Source of the DNA: Minutocellus sp. GHC0000111
Lineage: Eukaryota
Assembly: GCA_977018835.1 (NCBI GenBank)
Contig: OZ361261.1
Coordinates: forward strand, 744,001 to 808,000
Direction of reading: 5' to 3'
DNA length: 64,000 bases
Every line of letters starts with the position of its first letter. The stretch's first letter is position 1. The notes beneath the pieces were generated by a model, which ran no database searches, had not been told where the DNA came from, and saw only the letters and a list, made by a program, of their open reading frames with translations. The position numbers and the translations under genes were made by a program. Positions 33,852-44,301 of the stretch are shown here, piece by piece.

Positions 33852-36800
33852 ATGACAACACCTCCCGCGCCCGCCACCGAGGGCGCCGGCGGCGCCGACG
33901 GCGGAGCCAAGGCGAGCCAGCAGGCGCAGTCTCCGTCTCCGTCTGCGCCGGCTCCCGCGGCCAAGTCTGCATCGGCTACCGCCACCAAGGCTCCGGCGCC
34001 TACCGGTACTTCAGCTTCCAATCCCGGCACCGTCGGTAGCGCTATTTCGAATGCCCTGCCGCCGCCGGCTGCCTCGGCTGCTACGAGTACTGCCGGCACA
34101 GCGCCCGTCGCAGCAGCAGCAACAACAACTGCGCCGCCCACGAACGAGAAGAAGAAGACGGCACCGCCGTCACCACCACCAGAGCCCGCCGCGCCGACCG
34201 GATCGGTAGAGGCCATTTTGACGTCGTTGGGACTGTCGCCAGATACCGGCGGCAGTGGTGCCAATCAACAAGACGGCAGCACCAGCACCACCCAAACCAG
34301 CACCAGCGCCGATGCCGACACCTGGAGGGCCAGCGACCCCATCCGGTCCATCCTCACCTCGCCCCTGGCCCCGCTGTACTCCCGCCGCCCCCCCGGCTCC
34401 AGCGGCGGCATGTGGTCCAACAAGTTCGACGTCCCCAAGGCCCTGGTGGCCCTGCAGGACTTCAAGGATGCCGGATCGGGCGCCACCAGCCGGACCATCG
34501 TCCGGACGGCCTTCGACGCGGCCGCCATGGCCAGTCTGAGGGCGCTGCTGGAAGCACAGGAGCCGCAGCCAGCAGAAGCAGCAGCAGCTCTGCACCATGC
34601 CGAGTCGTCGGCGCCACCGCACGTCGCATCGGCGATGCAGTCCATCTCACTGACAAGGGATGCCATCATCGACGACTTCCTGCGCGCCGTGGAGGGCGGT
34701 AGCGGCGGCGGTAGGAGGGCCGCAGGAGTGGCGGGGATTGCTGGCGTCGACGCCATGACCAACAAGCGCCGCCTGTCGGGTGGTGCGTCCTCGCCGATCC
34801 CTTCGGCGACGATCGGCGGTGTAGTCCCGGGATCATCGGGAGGCAAGCCCAGGAAGAAGCCGAAGAAGGAGGCACGTGCCGATGGTGGGCGTGGGGATGA
34901 TGCCATGCAGGTGGACGGGATTGAGAAGGCTGATGCCAGCGGCACGTCCTCTCCTCCGGAGGTCGTATCGTCATCGAACATCTCGCTCGATGCTGGTGCT
35001 GAAGCTGCTGCGTCTACGTCTGGAAAGGGGGGTGGAGGCCTAACGGTCAAAAGAGCTGGGTATCATGGCAAGGGCCGAGCCGTCCGCCCGAAGGGCATTG
35101 CAGGGCCCAGTATCGTCGAGGCCGGATCGGCATCGATGGAGAGCGGTGGGTTGGGCCTCCACAACGGTGGGACCAACGATTCGTCGCGAATTGTGGCCGC
35201 CAGAGCGATCCTATGCGCGGCAGCCAACTTGGCATTTCAGGATCTAACACCCGATTGCGAGGCACCTGAAAGCAGGTCGACCGGAGACGATGCCCCCGTC
35301 AAGGATCCGGAAGCATTTGCGTTGGGAGCTGGGAAGATCAACGAGCTGGATATTCCCCAAAACACACACAGTGCTGGATCTTCGGGTGACAAGGATGCTG
35401 TCAATATGGGTGCCGTTTTGATGCAGGCACGGACCTATTCTGAACGGGCCGTCCGACAGACGGAGAGCGCGGTGCGCAGGGCAGATGAACGTGCCAAGTG
35501 GAGGGTGTCCCACGCTGCCAAAGCGAGTGCATCGAAAGGCATCGTTCCCACATCTGCCGCAGGTGGTTCATCTTCTACGAGTCTTACAGCCTTCGCCGTT
35601 GGCAACCCGTTTGCTGTGGGCCCTGCGGCGAAGGGATGTTCGTTCGATGGCCCGAATTGGGTTACCGACGACGATGAAGACGCAACGAGCCGTACCAAGC
35701 CTTCATTTGATCCTACCGTCCTGGCACAGTCCAAAACAAATCATTGGTCAAAATCCTGCCTTCCTCGGCTGCTCTCCATCATGGGCCAAGGTGCCGGGCA
35801 TGCTTTTGTTCATGATATGGATTGGAGGAGTAGGCCGGGTCGTATGGCTGACCTACTCAAAGCTCTTGACGATAAAAACGAGATACGAGCTGGCCCTCAC
35901 CTTATCATCACTACGGAAAAGGATATGGACAAGTTTCGAGTTGTCTTTGAGAGGATGAAACCCGGTCTTTCGCACCCGTCTAGCCCAGCGACGCCCTCGC
36001 CGAAAGTGTCATCTCCTACCGCCCTTATGTACGAGGGTTCAAACGATCATCGTCGAAAGCTGCGGCTTCGTCACTTTGCAACTCTACCGAATGTTGCCTT
36101 CACCAATGAAAATACTGCTTGTGACGTTCCGATTCATCCGCCCCCATTTGACGTTCTCGTTACTTCCTACGTTTCCTTCTTTGAGGATTATCCTCATTTT
36201 ACTCGCATTCCTTTCCATGCAGTCGTCGTTGATGACGGCGTTTCATGGCTTAGTCTGGCTGCCAATGATACCAGCGGTGCCCTCGCAAAGGCATACGAGG
36301 GAGGAATGTGGAGTCGCACCGATTTCCATGCCGGGGGAGCCGGTTTGGGTATCGGGGCAGGGGGAGTTGCTGACGCAGGAGATCCTTCTCGCTGGGATTT
36401 TGGTCAGGACAATGGAGGATATGTTCACCCGTCCAAGTCATCCAAAAAGGTGAAGAAGGATGGCAAGGAATACGAACCAAAGGACCACGAGAAGACCGGT
36501 CCGTCGATGCTTGTAGGGTTGACTGCGCGGCATCGCGTGCTTGTTGCTCCAACAATGAGCGTAATGGGTGACAATGTCATGTACACAACTCCGGTAACGA
36601 CGCTCCTTTCCTTCCTGCTTCCTCAATTCTTCGATATTGTCGGAGAAGAGTGGGATAGAGCAGGAATGATCCATTGTGTCTCCAGTATGGGTCACATCAA
36701 GAGGTTACTGTGCAGAAATGTAGTCGTCCATCAACCTTCTTCATCCAACAACGAGAGAGACGACACGATGACTCTCGCAATGGAGTCTTTGAGCGGCAAG

Positions 36801-39068
36801 CTATCGCCCTCGTCTCAACAGCTTGCAACTATTGACTCGACGCCCGGCCCAAAATTCGAAGATTTCTCTCGAAAGTCATTGATCGCATCCTCTCGGAGGC
36901 TAGCATTCCATTGGCTTCGACCGAATTCCAATATTCGACAAGAGCTTGCGAGGTCGCGGCTTGATCGGATTCTAAGCTACATCGCAGCTCGGTCGAGCGC
37001 TGGCTTCTTTTGCGAAGAGATTACTACATTATCCTCCCTGACAGTTTCCGGCAGTAGTGGTGCGGTGGTTGGAGCCGCTGGCTATCGCTTGGCTGCTCGT
37101 TGCGGCAGGCTTTTTGCAAACGAGACCACACTTCGACAACACATTGCGCAGTCTCATGCTCCTCCAGGAACGTGGATCTGCCGTGTCTGCGGACAAGATT
37201 GCTGCACAAGTAGTTGGCGTACACAACATGAACGCACCTGCGGTACTTCGCAAAAGGTTCCTGGAAGCGAAAAGAATGATGGTGCTCCAAACAAGAAAAA
37301 TAGCGCGTCTCATCTCGGTGGGATGGTTCCTACTGTCGGGCAAAGCAGCAAGAAGAGTAGCTCTGCCGGAGGGAAAAAGAGTCCTCCTCCACCCAAAGAT
37401 TCAGATGGGTCCTTCTGTGTGCCGTCGTGGCGCGGTATTTGGGTCAACTCAGCAGGGAAATACTTTGTCAAAATCGATGGGAAGAAATTGACTGTTAGCG
37501 ACTTCAATGAGGACGGAAGCGCATCGAAGACAGCAAATGAAAACCCAGAAAAAAGCGATCTGAAGCTGTTTGACAGTCCGGAGTTGGCAGCAAAGGCTCA
37601 CGATGATGTTGCCAAGAGCCGTAAGCTCGAGAAGATTGAGCTGAATTTCAAGGGCGATGGAACGCGCATCACCTACCAAGACAATTTTGGTGCCCCCGGT
37701 GATCTTGAAATTCTGGGAGTTGATTGTTCAAGCATTGTCCCAGCCCTTTCCGTTATCAACATCCGAGATCTTCCACCGCACGTCAAGCCGCTACTTCGTG
37801 ATCCTCGCCAAACATCGCGCACCGGTGGCCAGCAGAAACGCTACGTCTATGCATACCGTGGTGTCTGTCGCCAGGCTCGCAAGGGGCATGATCGCTGGCA
37901 GGCACAGATATCCTTCGCTGGGACCAATCACTACCTCGGAACGTTTGATTCGGAATGGGACGCAGCAGCCATCTACGCTTGGGCCCATTTGATCCTGTAC
38001 GGCGAGGAGGCAACGAAGCAAGCACAGAAAGAAGGCGAGGAAGCAGCCGCTGCCTACGAGCAGGAAAAGAAGGATATTGCAGCTGGAAAGATACCACCGC
38101 CGAGCGCGAAGCCGCAGACGAAACGGAAGAAACCGGGTCCTAAGAAGAAGAAGAAGAAGAAGGCCGCCAAGAAGAGCCCTGGAGAGGATGCACTTCTCAG
38201 CGCATTCTCCCCGGAAGTACAACCTGCATCGGGATCATCGTTTGGAGGGGACTCAACACCTGGCTCTACTCTCGATTTCGTCTCCAGCACGCCCAAGAAA
38301 CTTTTGGCGACAGCACCGAGCGACGTGCTTTCAGAATTGGGCCTCGATATGGTCGAAGTGGCAGAGGTAGCCGAGAACATTTGCAGAAGGGAGGAATTGG
38401 TCGGCGAAGAAGACTCCGCAATGGCTGCCACTGTTGCAGGCCGAATTTTAGCCCTCCGAGAGAAGCGACTCAACGAAACGTCTGCGTCTGCCAATGTCCG
38501 GAGAGTTAGGGGTTGGTCAGCCTGTATTCCGGTGAAGAGTGGTGGGAAAATCCCCTCTGGCTGCGCCATACTCGTTGGACTGAAATCTTCTTCGTTTGGA
38601 TGGACAGTCAGCTCGTTCCTCGATTTTGTCAAGGGTGACCTGGGCAAGCCGCTATCGCCAGCTTTGGCCGAAGCAATAACCAGAGAATATGCAGATGAAG
38701 GTTTCAACTATTCATTCCGCACCGTCGTGCAAACATCGGTCTGTACTCTAGGCCGAGCGGACCAGTACCTCGAAGATGCATCGGTCGCTCTCGGTCTAGG
38801 TCCAATCGAGCCTGGTGCTACAGCGGGACATCTTGAATGCAATATTGGTGGTCTTATGCAGTCGTGTTCAGAATCAGCAGCTCGTATCGTCTACAATCCC
38901 ACCGATACATCTGACTTTCAATTTCACTGCATTGGTTCGGAACGTGATATTGTAACTTTGAATGGGCAGAGAATTACGGCCAGCGCAGGTCCATATCCTC
39001 TCCACGATCGAGACATTTGTTCCGTGGGTAGCAGAGTCTTTCTTTTCCTTTGCGCAGGAAAGTCTTGA
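33852..39068 (+). CDS. Large nuclear protein: degenerate SNF2-N-like domain, C2H2 fingers, two AP2-like domains, C-terminal FHA-like domain
   Basis: AP2: YRGVCRQARKGHDRWQAQISFAGTNHYLGTFDSEWDAA and WRGIWVNSAGKY...FDSPELAAKAHD. Zn fingers CGRLF...HIAQSH and CRVC...HERTC. SNF2-like GPHLII, FDVLVTSY, VVVDDG. FHA-like CTLGR...VTLNG...LHDRDICSVG. NLS KRKKPGPKKKKKKK. Confidence 0.75.
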   Translation: MTTPPAPATEGAGGADGGAKASQQAQSPSPSAPAPAAKSASATATKAPAPTGTSASNPGTVGSAISNALPPPAASAATSTAGTAPVAAAATTTAPPTNEKKKTAPPSPPPEPAAPTGSVEAILTSLGLSPDTGGSGANQQDGSTSTTQTSTSADADTWRASDPIRSILTSPLAPLYSRRPPGSSGGMWSNKFDVPKALVALQDFKDAGSGATSRTIVRTAFDAAAMASLRALLEAQEPQPAEAAAALHHAESSAPPHVASAMQSISLTRDAIIDDFLRAVEGGSGGGRRAAGVAGIAGVDAMTNKRRLSGGASSPIPSATIGGVVPGSSGGKPRKKPKKEARADGGRGDDAMQVDGIEKADASGTSSPPEVVSSSNISLDAGAEAAASTSGKGGGGLTVKRAGYHGKGRAVRPKGIAGPSIVEAGSASMESGGLGLHNGGTNDSSRIVAARAILCAAANLAFQDLTPDCEAPESRSTGDDAPVKDPEAFALGAGKINELDIPQNTHSAGSSGDKDAVNMGAVLMQARTYSERAVRQTESAVRRADERAKWRVSHAAKASASKGIVPTSAAGGSSSTSLTAFAVGNPFAVGPAAKGCSFDGPNWVTDDDEDATSRTKPSFDPTVLAQSKTNHWSKSCLPRLLSIMGQGAGHAFVHDMDWRSRPGRMADLLKALDDKNEIRAGPHLIITTEKDMDKFRVVFERMKPGLSHPSSPATPSPKVSSPTALMYEGSNDHRRKLRLRHFATLPNVAFTNENTACDVPIHPPPFDVLVTSYVSFFEDYPHFTRIPFHAVVVDDGVSWLSLAANDTSGALAKAYEGGMWSRTDFHAGGAGLGIGAGGVADAGDPSRWDFGQDNGGYVHPSKSSKKVKKDGKEYEPKDHEKTGPSMLVGLTARHRVLVAPTMSVMGDNVMYTTPVTTLLSFLLPQFFDIVGEEWDRAGMIHCVSSMGHIKRLLCRNVVVHQPSSSNNERDDTMTLAMESLSGKLSPSSQQLATIDSTPGPKFEDFSRKSLIASSRRLAFHWLRPNSNIRQELARSRLDRILSYIAARSSAGFFCEEITTLSSLTVSGSSGAVVGAAGYRLAARCGRLFANETTLRQHIAQSHAPPGTWICRVCGQDCCTSSWRTQHERTCGTSQKVPGSEKNDGAPNKKNSASHLGGMVPTVGQSSKKSSSAGGKKSPPPPKDSDGSFCVPSWRGIWVNSAGKYFVKIDGKKLTVSDFNEDGSASKTANENPEKSDLKLFDSPELAAKAHDDVAKSRKLEKIELNFKGDGTRITYQDNFGAPGDLEILGVDCSSIVPALSVINIRDLPPHVKPLLRDPRQTSRTGGQQKRYVYAYRGVCRQARKGHDRWQAQISFAGTNHYLGTFDSEWDAAAIYAWAHLILYGEEATKQAQKEGEEAAAAYEQEKKDIAAGKIPPPSAKPQTKRKKPGPKKKKKKKAAKKSPGEDALLSAFSPEVQPASGSSFGGDSTPGSTLDFVSSTPKKLLATAPSDVLSELGLDMVEVAEVAENICRREELVGEEDSAMAATVAGRILALREKRLNETSASANVRRVRGWSACIPVKSGGKIPSGCAILVGLKSSSFGWTVSSFLDFVKGDLGKPLSPALAEAITREYADEGFNYSFRTVVQTSVCTLGRADQYLEDASVALGLGPIEPGATAGHLECNIGGLMQSCSESAARIVYNPTDTSDFQFHCIGSERDIVTLNGQRITASAGPYPLHDRDICSVGSRVFLFLCAGKS

Positions 39069-39255
39069 TTCTCCAAAATTGTAACATTATCTACTACGTA
39101 GCTAGCGAAAGCTTAAATCATTATATGATCTAGGCCTACAGTACAATTTGGGCCGAGTCCCTTCAAGCGCTCCACTGAATCCGAAACGATTGCTAATTCT
39201 ATTCAGTGCTATTCACATTATTCACACTCTCCAATGGAATCAACAGGAATGACTA

Positions 39256-40125
39256 TCAAATGACAAAACTTTTCTTCAATTCCTTGCGAAGCTCGTCCTC
39301 GAATTTCACAGGAATGACGATAAACTTATCAGTTTGAAAGAGCACCTCCCAATTATCTCCAACCAGTGCATCCTCCAACGACATCTTTCCGCAATCTCTC
39401 CCATCTACGATGATATCTTGACTTGCACCCTCTGGACGGGGCCAAAACAAGCCACCGTCGGCAAACCAAGCAAAATGCACATTATCTTCACCTATGGGCC
39501 AAATGGACGCAGCGACGCCCCATTCCCCCGCGGCCTTGGGACAGGTCGTTGCCAGGTGAAAATTCGAGGGACGAACGGGACTTTTCAATTCCCTTGCCAT
39601 GCGCTTGTCGAGCTGGGCAAAGTAGGCTGCCGCCTCTTCCGAATCATATGTCTCTGGATTCAATAGATCGCATGGTTTGCTGATCATTATCGAGGGTTCA
39701 GCTGCCTCCTGTGGATCCAGACCATGGTATAAAATGTTATAGCCCGATGCGACGACACTGTACAGGAATCGTTTGTTGCAGCTCGTTCCTATTAGGTCGA
39801 CTGCCTCGCGAACGGATTTCAGGGGTTGAATGTTTGCTGTTGTTGTTGTTCCTTGTGACGGTGGTATCGACTCAGCAGCCGATGCAGATTCAGGATGCGA
39901 CAAAATCAAATTGCAAGATACCATTGCGGCTGATGAACAGCCCCCTATCATTGTTCGCAGGAACTGCTCTCGGTCCAGCGGAGGAGCCGATGACGACGCG
40001 TCAGTAGGTGGATGTCTGTGTTGATGATGATGTCTGTCACCAGCAAAACCGAAACAGAGCGGTAGAAATAGGTGGGCAGCAAAGATATCAACGAGTAAAC
40101 GCTGCATTCGAAATCCTTGCATCAT
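39256..40125 (-). CDS. Hypothetical protein with signal peptide and lumen-targeting-like region
   Basis: Hydrophobic signal ending CFG-F, followed by DREQFL...hydrophobic...PESASAA and then an ordered domain. Start at about 40125. Confidence 0.6.
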   Translation of the reverse strand: MMQGFRMQRLLVDIFAAHLFLPLCFGFAGDRHHHQHRHPPTDASSSAPPLDREQFLRTMIGGCSSAAMVSCNLILSHPESASAAESIPPSQGTTTTANIQPLKSVREAVDLIGTSCNKRFLYSVVASGYNILYHGLDPQEAAEPSIMISKPCDLLNPETYDSEEAAAYFAQLDKRMARELKSPVRPSNFHLATTCPKAAGEWGVAASIWPIGEDNVHFAWFADGGLFWPRPEGASQDIIVDGRDCGKMSLEDALVGDNWEVLFQTDKFIVIPVKFEDELRKELKKSFVI

Positions 40126-40454
40126 AGTATAGAGATCCGGTTCAGCTGATCGAGGCAGAGACGATCGCAAGCTACAATGTACACGGCCGTATGATGAAGC
40201 AACGAGCATGTATGTGAGCAAGCGGCACTTCGAGCACGAAGCGAAGCATGCAGACTTGCAGACTGCAAGACTAGGTCATTGGCAAAGCCGACACGTACGA
40301 CGTACGCACGTGCTTGAAACGACGAAAAATCTGCAGACGCACGAAGATCGAAAGAAGGCACACATCAATCAATCAACCTGGCCTTGCTTGGGCTTGAACC
40401 ACCAAGCACAACTAATATAGATAGTACCACCACATAACACACAATCAAAAGGAC

Positions 40455-43400
40455 ATGCGGCTCCTTCTATCCAGCGCCGCCCTCGTGCTGCTCTGCGGCA
40501 CCGCCCAAAATGGCGCGCATGCCTTTGGCACTGCCGGTCGTCACCAAACAGCAGTGTCGTCATCGTCGGTGCTGATATCCACCAGTAGCATCGATCAGGA
40601 CCAACGACGACGAGCCATCGCACGACCATCGTCGTCCGAGCTCTGCATGATTGGCAACCCCTTCGGTGGACCTCCAGGTGCGAGCGGGGGAGGTAGCGGT
40701 GGCGGCAGCTCGAATCCCTTCGGCGGAAGTCCAGGGGCGAGCGGCGGCGGCAGCTCGAATCCCTTCGGCGGCGGCGGCGGAGGCTCCTCTTCGTCGTCGT
40801 CTGGATCGAGCAATCCCTTTGGCGGTGGGGGAGGCACTTCGGGAGGCGGAGGTTCCAATCCCTTCGGATCGAGTCCCGGAATGTCCGGCAGTTCGAGCTC
40901 GTCTTCTTCGGGATCGCCCTTCGGCTCGAGCAGCTCACCGGGATCATCTGGTGGTTCCTCGTCGCCATTCGGGTCGAGCCCAAGCTCAACTTCCTCGTCG
41001 TCATCGAGCCCCTTCGGTGGAGGCGGCGGGGGCGGCGGATTCGGTTCGTCGTCGTCCATGCCTGCCGGGGGAGGGGGAAATCCGTTCGGCTCCAGTCCAG
41101 GTGCCAGCGGCGGCGGTGGTGGATTTGGCTCATCATCGTCGTCGTCGTCGTCATCGAGCTCATCCTCGCCGTTCGGCTCCAGTAGTACCGGTACGTCCTC
41201 CTCGGGATCGCCAAGTCCCTTCGGGTCCAGCCCAGGATCCTCCGGCTCGTCGTCATCCTCGCCATTTGGATCCAGTCCAGGTGCCAGTGGTGGAAGCCCC
41301 TTCGGTGGTGGTGGTGGAGGAGGCGGCGGGCTTGGATCGTCGTCATCTTCGAGCTCAACCTCGCCATTCGGGTCAAGTCCAGGGGGCAGTGGTGGAAGCC
41401 CCTTCGGTGGCTCATCGTCGTCGCCCAGTTCTTCCGGATCGCCGTTCGGTGGAGGTGGCGGCGGACTTGGCTCGTCGTCATCGAGTTCTTCCGGATCACC
41501 ATTCGGTGGAGGTGGAGGAGGACTTGGCTCGTCGTCATCGAGTTCTTCCGGATCACCATTCGGTGGAGGTGGAGGAGGACTTGGCTCGTCGTCATCGAGT
41601 TTGCCGTTCGGCTCCAGCCCAGGTGCTAGTGCTAGTAGCAGTACTGGTGGTAGCCCCTTCGGCGGCGGCGGCGGAGGAGGCGGATTTGGTTCGTCGTCGT
41701 CATCGTCCACTGGTTCATCTGGAGGAGGAGGAGTTGGAGGCCTTGGCCAAGCTCTTAGCAATCTGAATCCATTTGGCGGCGGCAATAAGAGCCAGAACAG
41801 CTCGAGTGGTACCGGATCTTCTCCTTTCGGGGGCGGCAGTTCTGGAGGTGGCAGTGCAGGCGGATTGGGATCCGGCGGCTTTGGAGGATCAGGCGGTGGA
41901 CCCATGGGCGGCCAGAAATCCCCTGGTGGTCTGGGCAGCAGCTCGGGTGGCTTCGGAGGGGGTGCGGGTGGACCCATGGGCGGCCAGAAATCCCCTGGTG
42001 GTCTGGGCAGCAGCTCGGGTGGCTTCGGAGGGGGTGCGGGTGGACCCATGGGCGGCCAGAAATCCCCCGGTGGCTTGGGCAGTGGCCCTGGCGGCTTTGG
42101 AGGATCAGGCGGTGGAGGACCCATGGGCGGCCAAAATTCCCCCGGTGGTCTGGGCAGCAGCAGCTCTGGTGGATTCGGTGCCAATAACAATCCCAGAGGA
42201 GGTCCAGGAGGACTCGGCAATGCAATGGCGAGTGGCGGCGCACCCGGGGCTTCCAGTTTCGGTGGTCGCGGTCCACAAGGAGGCCCAGGTACCGGAGGTG
42301 GTATGAACACTAATTTTGGTGGCGGCGGTGGCGGTATGAATAGCGGCCCCGGGGCCGGAGGTGGTATGAACAATAATTTTGGCGGAGGCGGCGGTGGTAT
42401 GAATACCGCCCGAGGCGGCCAGCAAATGCAAAGCAACGGAAACATGGGCGGCCAGAGCTTTGGCAATCAGCAGGGAAATTTTGCTGGTGCACAAGGCAAG
42501 CAAGGTGCCATGCGTGCCGGTATGCTCGGAGGCGCCAATTTCGGTGATAACAATGTCATGGGTGGTCGCAATGGCGACGGATTCCAGCAGGCACGTTCGA
42601 CCGGTATCGGCTATGGCGGTGGGGGCGGTGGCCGTGGTGATCGCGGCTTGATGAACCAGCCGGGCGGAGGCTTCCAACAGCAACAGCAGGGACAGGGCGG
42701 CCAGAGAAATCTGTTCCAAAATCTTGGAAGATTGCCTGAAGGCAGCGCTCAGCGACAGCAGCAAGGTCGCTTTGACCAGGGTGATCAGTACCAAAATGGT
42801 GGTTTTGGTGGTCGCGGCCCACAATATCCTAAATCAGATGCCTACGCATCGACTCCAGGGTCGGGACTTGGCTACAATTCCGGTTATGGTAACGGTCGCT
42901 CGTACAACAAGTATCGCACACTGGATCAAATGGACCGATACGGATCTCAACAGGGTCCACGTGCCACTTTCTCAGCCACCGCTACTGCAAATGGATTGCC
43001 ACCTTGCTACAGCACGGAGAGTCGTTATAATAAATACAGAACTCTCGATCAAGAGATGAACCGTCAGGCAGCCCAGGTGAGTTGATACGATGTGTTTGTG
43101 TTGCATAGTTCAGGCACGCACCCGTTTGAGCACTTCTAACTTCACTGCTAACGCTCCTCTTTTGCGTAACCATTGTCATCTTCTTCCTTCGATTCAGCGG
43201 GGCTTCTCGGCTCAACAAACACGTCCTAGCTTTGGCGCAACGAGAGTTGCAGACTCAAACGTTGGCGATAGAAGTTTTCAGAAGTACTCCACTCTCGACG
43301 AGGAGGACAAGGCCAAGGCAAACCGATGGGCTTGGACGAGGCCAAACTTTAGCTCTACAAGCCCGGCCGATTTCAACAAATTAGTAGTAATCACTGAACC

Positions 43401-43458
43401 AACTCGGAATAAACATACCGATTTTCACCGAGCCAAAGTCGAGCATGATTGTATTTAG
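40455..43458 (+). CDS. Gly/Ser-rich PFG-repeat low-complexity protein with bipartite targeting peptide; 2 exons
   Basis: Exons 40455-43076 and 43198-43458; phase-0 intron 43077-43197 (GTGAG...CTAAC...TTCAG). Signal ends AHA-FG. About 20 (S/N)PFG motifs. Splicing adds a third KYxTLD motif in frame. Confidence 0.8.
41427..41600 (+). repeat. Three copies of a 57-bp coding tandem repeat (SGSPFGGGGGGLGSSSSSS)
   Basis: tccggatc recurs at 41433, 41490 and 41547. Confidence 0.85.
41898..42180 (+). repeat. Four copies of a 72-75-bp coding tandem repeat (GPMGGQKSPGGLGSSSGGFGGGAG)
   Basis: ggacccatgggcggcca at 41898, 41970, 42042 and 42117. Confidence 0.9.
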
Positions 43459-43653
43459 GGCTACTAGTCTAGTACAAATAGATCAATTCAATGGTATCAT
43501 TTAAATTAAACAGTATTCAAACTAAGGTGCTCAATGTGTGTACATGTATTACTTTCTCCACGTTCCATTTCCTGATTACGTCGATCTAATAAACGTAGGA
43601 ATTCCTATATGTAGAAAATTGTCATACATGTATGTCATGTATGTAATTCCGCA

Positions 43654-44301
43654 TCATTCATTACCGCCATACTCGCGTATCATTGCAACCCGTTCCCTCG
43701 GGGAGAGGATAAGGTCACGAGAAGTCCTTCGTCTCCTTGTAGCTTTGTACCTTTCGTATTGGTCGACGCAAACTTTTGTCTCGGTTGGGTTGTAGTACCA
43801 GCTCAAAGAAATAGGTGGCCCGCCGGATGGAATGCAGGTTGTGCATCCTTTGGTGATACCATATTCGCGAACTTGGACCTTGTCGAATGAAACAAACTTG
43901 GTGGGCGATCCGTGACCATAGGATGATATAGTGCTACTGGAGGAATCCAGGGAAGAAAAGGACGACGAGAATGATGATTGTAGAGAACTCGAACTTAGAC
44001 ATGATTTGAGAGGACGACGACGGCATCTGAAATGGGGCGAGGAACCTGCAGCTGATGCTGTATATTTGGCTTGATGATCATGTTCTTCATCGTTTCTCGA
44101 AGCGGATCCTTTCTTATTAATAGAGAGAAAGCTTGAAGCAGCCCTGCTGAGGCTTGATCGGCGAGGGAAGATGATTGATCTTCGAACGCTGCCGATGGCA
44201 CTACATGGTACTCGCGCCTCTTGGGCTTGGCGCCGACGACATCTGGTTGAGAGACTGGCCGTGCATTCTTCTTCGTTCGACGTTATTTCCTTGTTCTTTG
44301 A
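43654..44301 (-). pseudogene. Start-less 216-codon frame encoding a hypothetical protein; not in the ORF track
   Basis: Open from just after TAG TAG (44307-44302) to TGA 43656-43654. Encodes ...PLKSCL...KFVSFDKVQVREY...GPPISLSWYY...VDQYE...RRTSRDLILSPRER. No upstream in-frame ATG. Confidence 0.65.

Noticed and set aside
41427..42180. Regularly spaced repeats as a possible CRISPR array
   Set aside because: In-frame coding tandem repeats without unique spacers; no cas genes; eukaryotic context.
40369..42466. Pro-rich 623-aa and Arg-rich 408-aa minus-strand ORFs
   Set aside because: Antisense readings of Gly/Ser repeats; the plus strand has the signal peptide and intron.
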